Shown piece after piece: positions 11,800 to 24,288 of a stretch of 64,000 bases of DNA. This DNA is from Eledone cirrhosa (Eukaryota), in contig OZ024755.1 of NCBI GenBank assembly GCA_964016885.1, forward strand, positions 19,282,001-19,346,000, read 5' to 3'. Numbering within the stretch: position 1 is the first letter of the stretch; each line of letters opens with the position of its first letter. The notes under the pieces were generated by a model. That model ran no database searches and was not told the DNA's origin. It saw only the letters and a program-made list of their open reading frames with translations. The translations under genes and the position numbers were made by a program.

Positions 11800-13697
11800 G
11801 TTTCACAACAAAAAGCACCCAGCCCACACTGTAAAGTTGTCGTGTAGATGACACGATAAAAAGCACCCAGCCCACACTGTAAAGTTGTTGTGTAGATGTC
11901 ACGATAAAAAGCACCCAGCCCACACTGTAAAGTGGTTGTGTAGATGACACGATAAAAAGCACCCAGCCCACACTGTAAAGTTGTTGTGTAGATGTCACGA
12001 TAAAAAGCACCCAGCCCACACTGTAAAGTGGATGTGTAGATGTCAAAATAAAAAGCACCCAGCCCACACTGTAAAGTTGTTGTGTAGATGTCAAAATAAA
12101 AAGCACCCAGCTCACACTGTAAAGTGGTTGTGTAGATGACACGATAAAAAGCACCCAGCCCACACTGTAAAGTTGTTGTGTAGATGTCACGATAAAAAGC
12201 ACCCAGCCCACACTGTAAAGTGGATGTGTAGATGTCAAAATAAAAAGCACTCAGCCCACACTGTAAAGTGGTTGTGTAGATGTCAAAATAAAAAGCACCC
12301 AGCCCACACTGTAAAGTAGTTGTGTAGATGTCAAAATAAAAAGCACCCAGCCCACACTGTAAAGTAGTTGTGTAGATGTCATAATAAAAAGCAGCCAGCC
12401 CACACTGTAAAGTGGTTGTGTAGATGTCAAAATAAAAAGCACCCAGCCCACACTGTAAAGTAGTTGTGTAGATGTCTAAATAAAAAGCACCCAGCCCACA
12501 CTGTAAAGTGGTCGTGTAGATGTCACAATAAAAAGCACCCAGTCCACACTGTAAAGTAGTTGTGTAGATGTCAAAATAAAAAGCACCCAGCCCACACTGT
12601 AAAGTGGTCGAGTAGATGTCACAATAAAAAGCACCCAGCCCACACTGTAAAGTGGTTGTGTAGATGTCAAAATAAAAAGCACCCAGCCCACACTGTAAAG
12701 TGGTTGTGTAGATGTCAAAATAAAAAGCACCCAGCCCACACTGTCAAGTTGTTGTGTAGATGTCAAAATAAAAAGCACCCAGCCCACACTGTAAAGTGGT
12801 TGTGTAGATGTCATGATAAAAAGCACCCAGCCCACACTGTAAAGTAGTTGTGTAGATGTCATAATAAAAAGCACCCAGCCCACACTGTAAAGTGGTCGAG
12901 TAGGTGTCACAATAAAAAGCACCCAGCCCACACTGTACAGTAGTTGTGTAGATGTCAAAATAAAAAGCACCCAGCCCACACTGTAAAGTGGTTGTGTAGG
13001 TGTCAAAATAAAAAGCACCCAGCCCACACTGTAAAGTGGTCGAGTAGGTGTCACAATAAAAAGCACCCAGCCCACACTGTAAAGTGGTTGTGTAGATGTC
13101 AAAATAAAAAGCACCCAGGCCACACTGTAAAGTGGTTGTGTAGATGTCAAAATAAAAAGCAGCCAGCCCACACTGTAAAGTGGTTGTGTAGATGTCAAAA
13201 TAAAAAGCACCCAGGCCACACTGTAAAGTGGTTGTGTAGATGTCAAAATAAAAAGCAGCCAGCCCACACTGTAAAGTGGTTGTGTAGATGTCAAAATAAA
13301 AAGCACCCAGGCCACACTGTAAAGTGGTTGTGTAGATGTCAAAATAAAAAGCAGCCAGCCCACACTGTAAAGTGGTCGTGTAGATGTCAAAATAAAAAGC
13401 ACCCAGGCCACACTGTAAAGTGGTTGTGTAGATGTCAAAATAAAAAGCAGCCAGCCCACACTGTAAAGTGGTTGTGTAGATGTCAAAATAAAAAGCACCC
13501 AGGCCACACTGTAAAGTGGTTGTGTAGATGTCAAAATAAAAAGCAGCCAGCCCACACTGTAAAGTGGTTGTGTAGATGTCAAAATAAAAAGCACCCAGGC
13601 CACACTGTAAAGTGGTTGTGTAGATGTCAAAATAAAAAGCAGCCAGCCCACACTGTAAAGTGGTCGTGTAGATGTCACAACAAAAAGCACCCAGCCG
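11800..13697. repeat. 48-bp minisatellite, about 39 units, derived from a retroposon 3' segment; a shorter array is at 10480-10700
   Basis: AAAAAGCACCCAGCCCACACTGTAAAGTGGTTGTGTAGATGTCAAAAT, period 48; the same unit occurs 1-3 times inside SINE-B and RTE 3' UTR copies. Confidence 0.95.
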
Positions 13698-13705
13698 ACA
13701 AAGGT

Positions 13706-13989
13706 ATTGTTACATCTGGAATGCTCATTGAGAACAGATCTGGAGCAGAACAACAACAGATTATTTCCTTGTTTTATAGTGTTACATCTGGAATGCTCAT
13801 TCAGAACAGATCTGGAGCTGAACAACAACAGATTATTTCCTTGTTTTATATTGTTACATCTGGAATGCTCATTCAGAACAGATCTGGAGCTGAACAACAA
13901 CAGATTATTTCCTTGTTTTATATTGTTACATCTGGAATGCTCATTCAGAAAAGATTTGGAGCTGAATAACACATTATTTCCTTGTTTTA
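13706..13989. repeat. 72-bp tandem repeat x4 ending about 20 bp from the IFT57 exon-1 donor
   Basis: GTTACATCTGG at 13709, 13781, 13853 and 13925. Confidence 0.93.
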
Positions 13990-14010
13990 ATAAGCCAACA
14001 ACCTCCTTAC

Positions 14011-14168
14011 CTGGAAAGTGGTTTCATGTTCATAATTGCCATAAAGTTTTTTTCATAAGTCAGTAGACGAAGTTTTTCCAAAAGTTCTTCCATGTTGACA
14101 AATGGTAAATATGCCATCCCAGGGCTAACATCTTCAGCTTCTTCAGTGCGTCTCTTCTCTTCGGACAT
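14011..14168 (-). CDS. IFT57: IFT57 coding exon 1 (the exon probably begins at 14220)
   Basis: MSEEKRRTEEAEDVSPGMAYLPFVNMEELLEKLRLLTYEKNF...KPLSR then GTAAGG; a second in-frame ATG lies at 14192; CAG acceptor at 14223-14221. Confidence 0.9.
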
Positions 14169-15152
14169 TTTAAAAGGATAACTAGGGACCATAAGAAAAT
14201 TAGAGGCTAAAAACTTCAGACTGAAGAAATATAAAATAAATGAGGTTCTGTCTGCAACATGTTTGGAAATAAGCTAACAAAATAGGCAGTTGCTTGATCT
14301 ACTAGATATAGCAGACTAATTTGCCTCAAATCCAACACTACCATCTTAAAAGTAGAAAGTCACATTTTATAATGTGTTCCATGATTGCATTGATTGAAAT
14401 ACAGTAATACAGAAAACTCGCCTTCCCTTGCGCACGGACTTAAACCTACACTCAGTAGGCACCTCTTAATCCAATATACACCCCCACACCCCCTTACTCT
14501 GTAAAGTTATGTTGGTACCACAAAACATCTAGCCCACACTGTAAAGTGGTTGTGAAGGTATCACAACAAAAAGCACCCAGTCCAAACTGTAAAGTGGTCG
14601 TATAGGAGACATGGCAAAAAACACCCAGCACACACTGTAAATGTGGTTGACGTTAGAAAGGGCATCCAACCGTAGAAAACCAGCCAGAAACAGTACTATA
14701 CGAGCGAGACACAGTCACCCGTCCCAGCTTGCCTCAAATGGGACAAACCTGCTAGTGTGGGAAATAGACGTTAAACGATGATGATGATGATGAAAAAAAA
14801 AAAAGATAGTACGGTCATGGCTTGAATGTCTTTGATCAGACAAAATGCTTAATAGCTTTTAGTTGTGGTGCTTTATGTTCTAAGTTCAAATCTTTTAGTC
14901 ATCAACTTAGCCTGAACCAACTTGGATAAGAAGCGAGCTCCGTAATCATGCAACTATATTTGCTATGACTCTTTACATTCTAAGTTCAAATCCCACTGAA
15001 GTCAAAATCGCCTTTCATCCTTCTGAGGTTGACAAATAAAATATCAACCAAGACCTGCGATCGGTTTAATTTAAACAACTTTATCCTTCCTTTAAATTTG
15101 CTGTCCCTTAAATTAAAAATCAACATTTGTTGAATTTATCGTCCATCAGAAG

Positions 15153-15294
15153 CAGACCTGCCAACCTCTAAAAACCTAAGCGGGAGATTTTACATAATGA
15201 AAGCTATAACTATTTTCACAAGAGAAGACATCTCCCATCCACTTTGGGATGGGTGGGAGCTCTCCCCGTCGTCCAGGAAGAGTTGATAGGTCTG
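15153..15294. mobile_element. Short MITE with TIR CAGACCTGCCAAC and 6-bp TSD (second copy at 53296-53490)
   Basis: TSD CAGAAG at 15147-15152 and 15295-15300; TSD TTACCA around the 53.3-kb copy. Confidence 0.75.
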
Positions 15295-16398
15295 CAGAAG
15301 GATTTGAACATAGAATATGCCCCCACACCCTCCCACTGCAAAGTGGTTGTGGAGGTGTCACGGCAAAAAAGCACCCAACCCACACTGTAAAGTGGACGTG
15401 TAGGCGCCACGGAAAAAAGCACCCAGCACTCACTGTAAATGAGGTTGGAGTTCGGAAGCGCATCCAGCTGTAGAAATCAGCCGACCGGCTACTGCCCACA
15501 ACAGGACAATCCGTCTAACCCATGCTAGCGTGGAAGAGCGGACGTAAAACGGTGATGATGATGAATGTAAATTCAGAAATAAATTTTATCCGGCACTCTA
15601 CCAATTCTGCCACTTTTCTTAGTAACGAAGGAACCACTTATTTTCAAGTCTTTGCATCATTACAACATGTCAAACATTCTTACTATTCATGCTGAATAAC
15701 AAACTGAGGTGGATTGAAGAGCAATGAGCATCGTACCTCGTTATCTGTCTAAGTGAAAGGGTCGATAGTGTAAAATTACACACACACAGGTACACCAGGT
15801 CCGAACACTGAGGAACCAAACTCCTACTGCCATCGCCTCCGTCTCTCTCAACCTCACCATCTCTCACTATTATGAGCAAATGGGGTCCCACGCGCTGGCC
15901 GCCCCACGGCCCCGGCGGACAGATCGACATGCCTCCACCACCATAAACGAAACTTAAGGGCCAACCCGCTCATGGTTCCGGCAGACAAGATGGAGAAGAC
16001 ATTGTCCCTGTCACGCACGGAGGACGGCGAGGGTGACAAGCGGGATTGATTTGTTATTTAATTCAGCTCATCATAACACCACATACATATCACAGGCAAG
16101 TAAAATGAGATTGTGTGACATTTATGCTTTTCTCTGAAGATCAATAGCGATATAAACAAAGAGAAATAGCTACAGCCAGCGAAACAAAAACGAAGATTTA
16201 GCAGGCTGGGAGATAATTCTAAAATAACCCCCAGTGTGGATAAAATAATATAGACTGAAGAATATATTTTAAACGAAACTTTCTTTTTTATATATCTTCA
16301 AAAAATAAGAATAAGTTTAGTAGCTACGGATTAACGAAAGAAAGTTTAAAAACAACAAAAGAAAAACAGTGGCTAATAACAAAAGCAAACATATATAC

Positions 16399-16540
16399 CT
16401 GGGAATCTTTAAAGTGTAGTTTAATTAACCAATTATTATTGAATAGTAAGTTATACTGGAGTAAACTTGTTTAGGAAAAAGTTTATTTTTCTTTATCCAC
16501 CATCATGAAATTGATAACATACAACAGAGCTAGAGAATTA
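16399..16540 (-). other. IFT57: Probable non-coding first exon of IFT57 (5' end approximate)
   Basis: CAG|GTATAT donor at 16399/16398, just downstream of the promoter motifs; the acceptor at 14221 needs an upstream exon. Confidence 0.5.
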
Positions 16541-16544
16541 ATGA

Positions 16545-16602
16545 GCGCATGCGCAGTTATTTATATATGGATTATGTTTTGTTTATTTATGACCATGGCA
16601 AC
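16545..16602 (-). promoter_or_regulatory. Putative IFT57 promoter: NRF1-like GCGCATGCGC (16545-16554) and RFX X-box-like GTTGCCATGGTCAT (16602-16589)
   Basis: Both motifs are read directly. The X-box consensus GTTNCCATGGNAAC is the established regulator of ciliary/IFT genes; one half-site is perfect and one is imperfect. Confidence 0.65.
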
Positions 16603-17329
16603 GATAAAGACATGACATGTTGATATTGACATGTGGGTTGGTTATTGTCATTAGTATGTTGTTGTTGTTGTTGGTCGTGGTCGTGTTGATGGTGTTAAAC
16701 CGGTGAAAAGAATAGAGGGGAAGCAAATCTTGAGAAATGATAGTATATGTAATATTAGATTGCAGTATAGTGATGAATGAACCTTAGGGTAAATTTATAG
16801 AAAAACACCTATCTTGATTTCAGTGAGAAATAACTTTTTCCCCTTTTCCCCGTGTGCTATCAACTAATCTGACGAACATACTCATAATCGACTTTTTCCC
16901 CCGGAAAAATGAGGAGGATTGGGGGAGCCCCCCCCCCCCCCAACCTCCATTTATCGGGGGGAGGGGAGGTCAATTGCGTGCATGTTTGAACATATAGAGG
17001 AGTGGACTAAGATACACCGTATATCATTACAAAACCACTACAAGTCAATCAGGATTTAAGGGTCCACGCATGCAAAACAAACCTCATACCATCCCATTGT
17101 TGTTTAGCTCCAGGTTAATCCTGATTAAGCGGATTTAAGATAAAACATTGTGTCCCATGTTTGAGATTACAATTCTAAAATATGACGTTCACATTTTTTA
17201 AGCTGGTATGTCAGGTTCGGCTTCTGCCTGCTACCATGTAAACCAGTACAACCTGCTTCATGATCGAGTGGTTGGTGACTAAACCGACTCCCCCATCAGA
17301 CCCGAGAAAGAAGCAACAATGAAGGCATC

Positions 17330-17640
17330 AAATTGATGGACCAAGTTATAAAAGTAACAAAGAATCTTCTGGTGTCCTTGGCCCTAGGGCTACCTCCCTA
17401 TTTACCACCATAGGTGCTGAGCTAGCCAGCCGCAGGTGTGAGATTTGGAATAAGGCTCTTCCAGCGCATCTCCCTTACCATCCTCTGGGGAAACGCCTTC
17501 TCCATTCTGTCTGCTGGGGTTGTGGGGAGGCCAGCATGTGAGACCCCCATTTGCTCACCATACGGATTAATAAGCAAAGTTATAAACTATGGTAAATAAA
17601 CCTATTTTCTATAATTAGAAAAAAAAAAAAAATAATAATT
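17330..17640 (+). mobile_element. CRE-clade-like non-LTR 3' fragment with A-rich tail
   Basis: GVLGPRATSLFTTIG...LFQRISLTILWGNAFSIL resembles the CRE RLE C-terminus; poly(A) at 17619-17632. Confidence 0.55.
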
Positions 17641-17984
17641 AGGAGGAACATTATTTTAGATGAAACGCAGTTCAGATTTGTTGAGATGAGGCCCCACTGA
17701 CATCCTCTTCTTAATAAGACAAACAGTTCTTAGCTAAAAGCAAATTGGCCTATAGAAGGCTGTTCAAGTGAAAAGGGCCTGCTCTGAGTATGCATTTGTA
17801 GATTGAAGGAGGACAACTGGGAGAAGACAATTATGTTAGTAGTCAGTGTGACCGTGGTTTTTTCCAGATGTAGAACTTGGAAGTCTCCCCAATATTGGGG
17901 AATTTTACTGTTTCATTTTTTTTATTTACCTTTTTAACACGTTTTCCATGTAAACCTACACTATCATCCTGTACTGTCCTCGAT

Positions 17985-18220
17985 CTTTATGTAAATCCGT
18001 GGTTAGTAAACTCCCTTTATGTAAACCTCTCGTTAATAAACTCTTATTATGTAAAACCTCTCTGGTTAGTAAACTCCCTTTAAGTAAAATCCCTGTGGTT
18101 AGCAAATTCACTTTATGTAAAACCCCTGAGGTTAATAAACTCCCTACATGTAAAACCCCTGTGGTTAGTAAAGCCTGCAGTTAATAAACTTCCTTTATGT
18201 AAAATCTCTGTGGTTAATAA
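17985..18220. repeat. Degenerate about 32-bp tandem repeat x7
   Basis: CTTTATGTAAAACCCCTGTGGTTAATAAACTCC-like units. Confidence 0.8.
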
Positions 18221-19880
18221 AGAAATCATTACTATTATTATTGACAAAACATGGATGAGCTGAAAGAAAAGCTGGGTATAAGAGGAATTAAATGTAGTGT
18301 GCCAGAGAGAAGACTTGAAGTGTATGGATGATGATTGCTGGGTGAAAAAGTGCCAAGAAATTCCAGTGGAAAGAAACGCTGGGCAGAGGTTGTGAGAACT
18401 GATCTCAAATAGCTGAAGCTCATAGAGAAGATCATGAAGGACTGCAACAAGTGGAGGAATGCTGTGCTTGAATAGATCCATCTAACCCATGCAAGCATGG
18501 AAAAGCAGATGCAAAAAGATGATGATATATTTTCCCTGTGTTGGTATGGACTGGCAGGTCTACACCACAGTATATCTCCATTTATCTTAATCCTTGATAT
18601 CTTATCTGTAAGGCTCATAATTTTTACACCTGACCCATTATTCCTTCAATTATTCTTTGATTTACCTTAATCATGGATGTCTTCCACTAACATCTCATGG
18701 CACTTTTATTTTGGTTACAATAAATCAAAAATAACTAAAATATATATAAGAACATTATTCAGTATCGGTAGAGAGTCGGACGCCATGTTTTCCAGCATAG
18801 TTACGTCCCTTTACGGTCTGAGTTCAAATCCCGCCGAGATTAACTTTGCCTTTCATCCTTACGGGGTCGATAAAATAAAGTACCAGTAATGCACTGGGTA
18901 ATTGCTGGCCTTGTGCCAAAAGTAGAAACAATTATTTTTATTAAATGAAAGGTGCAAATATATTATTATAAAAGATGTTTTTATGAAATCAACTATTAAT
19001 TATTTGAGACGTACTAAATTCTATGATACAAACTGCCTTTTTAAAAACTGTTCAGATATAAATTAAAACATTCGTTTTTACGTTTGAAAAGTCCTGAAAT
19101 ATGTTGAAATATACTGGGTAAAAACATTACTTTGTTTCATTTTATTTGTCATCCTTTATTTTTTAAATATTTCTACCACATTGTACTGGCTTTTTGAAAC
19201 AGTCATTTATTCAATCATTTTTTAACATGAAAACTTATCCTGGTTGAATCAAGGGAGGAGTTCAGTCCATTTATTATGGTCAAGTGCCTGATGTCCCTTG
19301 TGGAGACTGGTATATGAGGTTTGGGACAGGGAGAAGAGGTAAAGTGGAAGAGGTGCGTGGCCTAGTGGTAATTGTGTTGAACTTACGATCATAATGTTGT
19401 GGGTTCGATTCCTGGACTGGAATGTGTGTTATGTTCTTGAGCAAAATACTTCATTTTTCATTGCTCCAGTAGACTCAGACGGTGGTGACTTCATCTTATA
19501 ATTCCTGCATATTTTCCAGTGTCGGTGTGTTTACTCATTTGTTATGTCTATAAATGTATTCAGTCTTTGTCAGTCTCAGACACCTAGAAATAATGTAATG
19601 GATGGTTTCATCATTCTTACCACATCCTGCATTGTAGATTTGTTGCAGTCTTGATGATGTGCAGATGATAGGATCTAGTTGGTCTTATACAGCAATAAAT
19701 AGGTCATCTGGCTCTGCTTTTAGTCTGGTGTTCCTTAGCTCATGTTGTGTCATCAGCTGGTTAATATCTAAGTCTCATACCCATTTTTGGTAGTTCATCT
19801 ATATCACCTTATCCTCCCAGGTTTTCTGTAAATCGAACTGACTGGTGTTTTATATTCTACTTCATTAATAATTATTGTAA

Positions 19881-20361
19881 CTAGCAGAAAAAGCCACCCT
19901 TCGGGTGGTTTTCTGCTGGCACGTGTAGCGTGTATATTGATATTATATGCAAGTATATATACATGTAGATATGATACATCAAATAAAATCGTAATTAACA
20001 ATACACACAGAAATTGAATGAAGACTGTGTTACACTGTTTTATGTAATCAGTAACGTAATCCATGATACATTAAAAAAAGACGATATTATATATAAACTG
20101 CATTAGGAAAAAATCAGTGACAGAAAATTAGTATGTTTATTTAAGCGATCGCTAACCGGAAGTGTTGACATTTCAGAAATTTTAAAGAAGTGAATCTTTA
20201 AATAAACAAAATATATTTAATCAACAGTCACAAAATTTAGTAGATAAATTATGTAATATTCATTCATTATTTATTCAAAGTAATCCAACTTATTTTACTA
20301 ATGGGATAAAAAATTATAAACCGTACGCAATCCCGCAGACCTTCCTTTATTATAGTTTAGA
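19881..20361 (-). mobile_element. Non-autonomous Helitron
   Basis: On minus: A|TCTAAACTATAATAAAG... CCACCC-GAA-GGGTGG hairpin ...CTAG|T. Confidence 0.7.
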
Positions 20362-20794
20362 TTATTTATTGTAGCTGTAGGGTGGTGGATTAGCAAAATT
20401 GGTAGAGAAAATCAGAGAAAACGGTTTGTAGTGTTTAGACTTCTACATTCTGAGTTCAAATCCCAGCCGAGGTTAGCTTTGCCTTTTGTTTTTATGGGGA
20501 TCGATAAAGTAAAGTACCAGTAATGCACTGGGGTCGATTTAATAGACTTTCCTCTTCTCTTCAAATTGGTTGGTAACCTTGTGCCAAATGTAGATACAAT
20601 TATTTATCATAGCTGTAAAAACATAATGAAAATATATTTGAATGACTCACAACTGAGTTTCCTACTCAGTTCTCGAGAACTTTGTCTTAGTAAATTTGTA
20701 GTCTTTGTAAAAACAGATGAAAAATAATCTATAACAGGATATATATATATATACATAATCTCACTAAAATGTAAATCCAAGAAACAAGACCAGT

Positions 20795-20934
20795 TCATTT
20801 GAGTTTCTGAAGAGCTGTAGCTATCATTTCATCAAGTTGAGAATTAAGTTTATCTTTATCTCCACAGTTATCAATAATAAAATCCCAATGTTCAACAGCA
20901 TCTAGACCACATTCTGAAGCAGCATCATCCACAC
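20795..20934 (-). CDS. PMVK: Phosphomevalonate kinase, last coding exon (4)
   Basis: (G)VDDAASECGLDAVEHWDFIIDNCGD...LK* (GVDDAxSECGLD motif). Confidence 0.94.
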
Positions 20935-22170
20935 CTTTAAAAGAAGAACGCAGTAGTTAACACCTAATAACAAGATATATATATAAATACGTTCATTTTC
21001 CCTGCTAGCAAGGGTTGGATGGGTAGTCAATACTTAAATCAACACTGAATCAGAGTCACCGATCTCTTCAATGGGCTGGGAGTCCATTGACATTCTACAG
21101 AGTGAGAAATGCTGTACAATCATGGCACCAATGAGGATGTCATGTCTTTGATACAACTGAAAAGTCTTCTTTATTCTTTGTTTGGAAAGTTTTCTACAGT
21201 TGGATGTCCTCCCTATCAACTTTACAGAGTGTGTTTTAATGAAAGAGGTTTCTGTATCCTTGACATATTAAAGTCTTTTCAACCATTTTTGGTATAGTTT
21301 CTACTGTAGGATATTTTGGATATTTCCACAACACTGCTGTGGCAAAGATTATAGGGCACTGGAGTTGATTCATCATCATCATCATCATCACCATTTTACG
21401 TCCGTTCTTCCATGCTAGCATGGGTTAGACGGGTTGTCCTGTTGTGGGCAGTGTCTGGTCGGCTGATCATGCCTTGCTCATACAGGAACTGATTTTGGCT
21501 TGATTTCTACAGCTGGATGCCCTTCTTAACACCAACCTCATTTACAGTGAGTACTGGGTGCTTTTTCCGTGGCGCCTACACGTCCACTTTACAGTGTGGG
21601 CTGGGTGCTTTTTTGCCGTGGCACCTCCACGACCACCTTGCAGTGGGAGGGTGTGGGGGCATATTGTCTATATGCTTCAGCTTGTACCCATGGGGGGTCG
21701 GGTACTCTGTATTGATTGATTGTTGTTATTCTCTCTCTCTCTCTCTCTCCTTCCCTTTGGAAGAAATTAGATGTGTTCAGACCCATGGACATGGGGAGGG
21801 ATGGGCATACCAGCTCTTTAAAATGCACAAGACACACTATCTAGAGTTCAGGGCCCATGAATGAATGAATCTATAATTTTGTAATGTGGGTAAAATGTCT
21901 CAGGAAAAAAAATCCCTGGATGGATTTTACAGGCAAAACCAATTGGCAGGAGACTCAGGGGGTACACTCTGAGCAAGATGGTTGGATAACATCCATGAAC
22001 TCGGCTAGTCTCACTTGGGGCTCCAGCTGGATTAATTGGAGACAGTTGCTTCTAACAGGACCCACTGGAAGGAGTGTTTGAGGACTCTGCCTCCATGTCC
22101 CTCCCAGGAATAAGAGGGCAAAGAAAAAGAAGACAGGTAAAAAACGAAAAGAATAATACCTCAATTTTAC

Positions 22171-22468
22171 CTTTTGTAAATATATATCCTCTCTCTTTTC
22201 TTATTTCTTCCATGGCAGTAATTCGAACAGTCTGTACTTGATCTGTGTATTTCTGAAAGAAGTAATCTAGGTCTGTCTGTCTACGGGCATCACTAATAAT
22301 CCAGATAGGTTTTTTATACTCATTTCCATATTCTTCAGATGTAGCTACCCTGCAGAAATAACTTGGGTCAATATTTCTTCTCTCCTCTCCATATTTTATC
22401 ATCTCCTTTCGGTATTTCTCTTTGTAGTCTGAAGAATCGTTTAATTTTTCATATAATAGGTTGTTTTC
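22171..22468 (-). CDS. PMVK: PMVK coding exon 3
   Basis: ENNLLYEKLNDSSDYKEKYRKEMIKYGEERRNIDPSYFCR...PIWIISDARRQTD...QTVRI...RGYIFTK; CAG/GT flanks. Confidence 0.95.
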
Positions 22469-23627
22469 CTGTAAATTATATAAATGGAATTTAAGAAGGA
22501 ATCAATTGCCCCCTTGCCTTTAATTCAACAAATCAGCATCATCATCAACATCGTTTTTACATGCATCGGTTTGACGGGTCCTTTTCAGCACAATATCTCT
22601 TCACATGTCGCAATCCTTTGACATCACCACTCAGAGTTTCAGCAATTTGAGATCAGTTTTCACCACCTCTGCCCAGGTCTTCCTTGGTCTACATCTACTG
22701 CAGCTTACTTCCACTGGCATTTCTTCACCCAGTGATCACCACATAGACATTACTCCTGATTCTTCTTATACTCAGTTTTTCTCTGCGTTCATCGAAGCTC
22801 TGTCAGACTTCAAGAAATAGCAGTCAAATCTCTGAACAAAATTACAATATGTTCATGATTAGAATGTCTTTCATTATAAAGTCAGCTTGATCAAGGGTGA
22901 GTTAGAGCTAAACAAGTGTTATTCAACTGCTGGGGGGGGGGGGGGGGGGGCAATAGGTTATGTAGCCGGTAAACCCTAAAGGGACGCAACACACATCGCT
23001 ATAGTGTTTCACCTGCTCCTTCCTTCTGTTGTCTGTACCTGTTTATGTATTTACGTGCAGATGTGTGTGTATGTAAAGCGTAACGTACGTTACGAATGGA
23101 CGACTAAATGATTTTAACTTGTTTTTTTAACAATTGATGATGGAATAGATTTCAAATTGTCTAACTCGGGCCGTAACTCATGGTGTCTGACACTCTTACC
23201 AGCTACATAGCCTCTACCGAAAAAAAAAATGAAAATTCAAATCGTGTGCATAGAGTTATGTCCCTTGCCAACTGTTGAAACGAGTCTTAGCATCCTACCA
23301 CCTTAATTAGTTGGTTCACCTAAATGATATACATGTCCATGATAAAAGGCTCAAGCAAAATGTAAAATGTAGTCATCCCCACAAAAAAAAAAAAAAAAAA
23401 AAAAAAAAAAGAAATCTGACAATGGACCCAGACCTGATGTGAAATGTAGGCCTCGATGTAGGATAGTTTAGTTTTTTATGTGTCTTAGCAGTAAGATATA
23501 TATAATAGCAATAATTTCAAGCTTTATGAAATTTTAGCCCAATACTTAATCTATTCAGTCGTTCTGTTGGTAATTACATTACAAATTAAAGACAAAAAAT
23601 GGTTAATCTTGGTTTAAATCAACTTAC

Positions 23628-23691
23628 CTTAGCATATTGAAACTTTATAGGACTTGTCAAACGCATAATCCCACATCTTGAATCAGTTAAT
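23628..23691 (-). CDS. PMVK: PMVK coding exon 2
   Basis: LTDSRCGIMRLTSPIKFQYAK; CAG/GTAAGT flanks; phase consistent. Confidence 0.92.
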
Positions 23692-24208
23692 CTGAAAAAA
23701 TAAAATGACTCAAACTTAACTTCAAGGCTCTTTTTAAAATATATTTATATTAGTCAACATAAATATAGTTGCTGTATGGTTAAAGCAACTCTTGATTACA
23801 CAGTCATGTCATATTATGTTATGAAGAATCTTTTGTCATGTCAAAGACATAGGCACCTCTCTAGTGCTGACACCACGATGAAATGCACCCAGAACACTCT
23901 GTTAAGTGGTTGGCATTTGGGAAAGGTATCCAGCCACATAGTATTAAAACCTTTCTTTCGCACGATTCTATCAAAATATACACGCATGACCAAGGTGACA
24001 ATAGTGGGACTAACTCCATCGCCTTCTGGTTCCAAAGAAAACTTGTTGATGACACAGTCATGTGTGCACCTACATATATATAGAGAGAGTTATGTTATTT
24101 CTATATTTCCTGTGAATTGAAATTACGAACGATTGAATAAATATTGTTCAGTATATATTTAGTTTCTTATTTCGTTATTTAATCAATAACAATTTACGAA
24201 AGACTTAC

Positions 24209-24288
24209 TTCTGAACCATTAAATTAGCGACATAATCCTTCCCCGATTTCCTTTTCCCACTGAATATAAATATTAGTTCGGGACACAT
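24209..24288 (-). CDS. PMVK: PMVK coding exon 1
   Basis: MCPELIFIFSGKRKSGKDYVANLMVQ, the animal PMVK P-loop SGKRKSGKD; GTAAGT donor. Confidence 0.94.

Noticed and set aside
11771-14066. Repetitive ORFs up to 498 aa (VGWVLFILTSTQPLYS and similar)
   Set aside because: Translations of 48-bp and 72-bp intronic tandem repeats whose periods are multiples of 3; no splice or domain support
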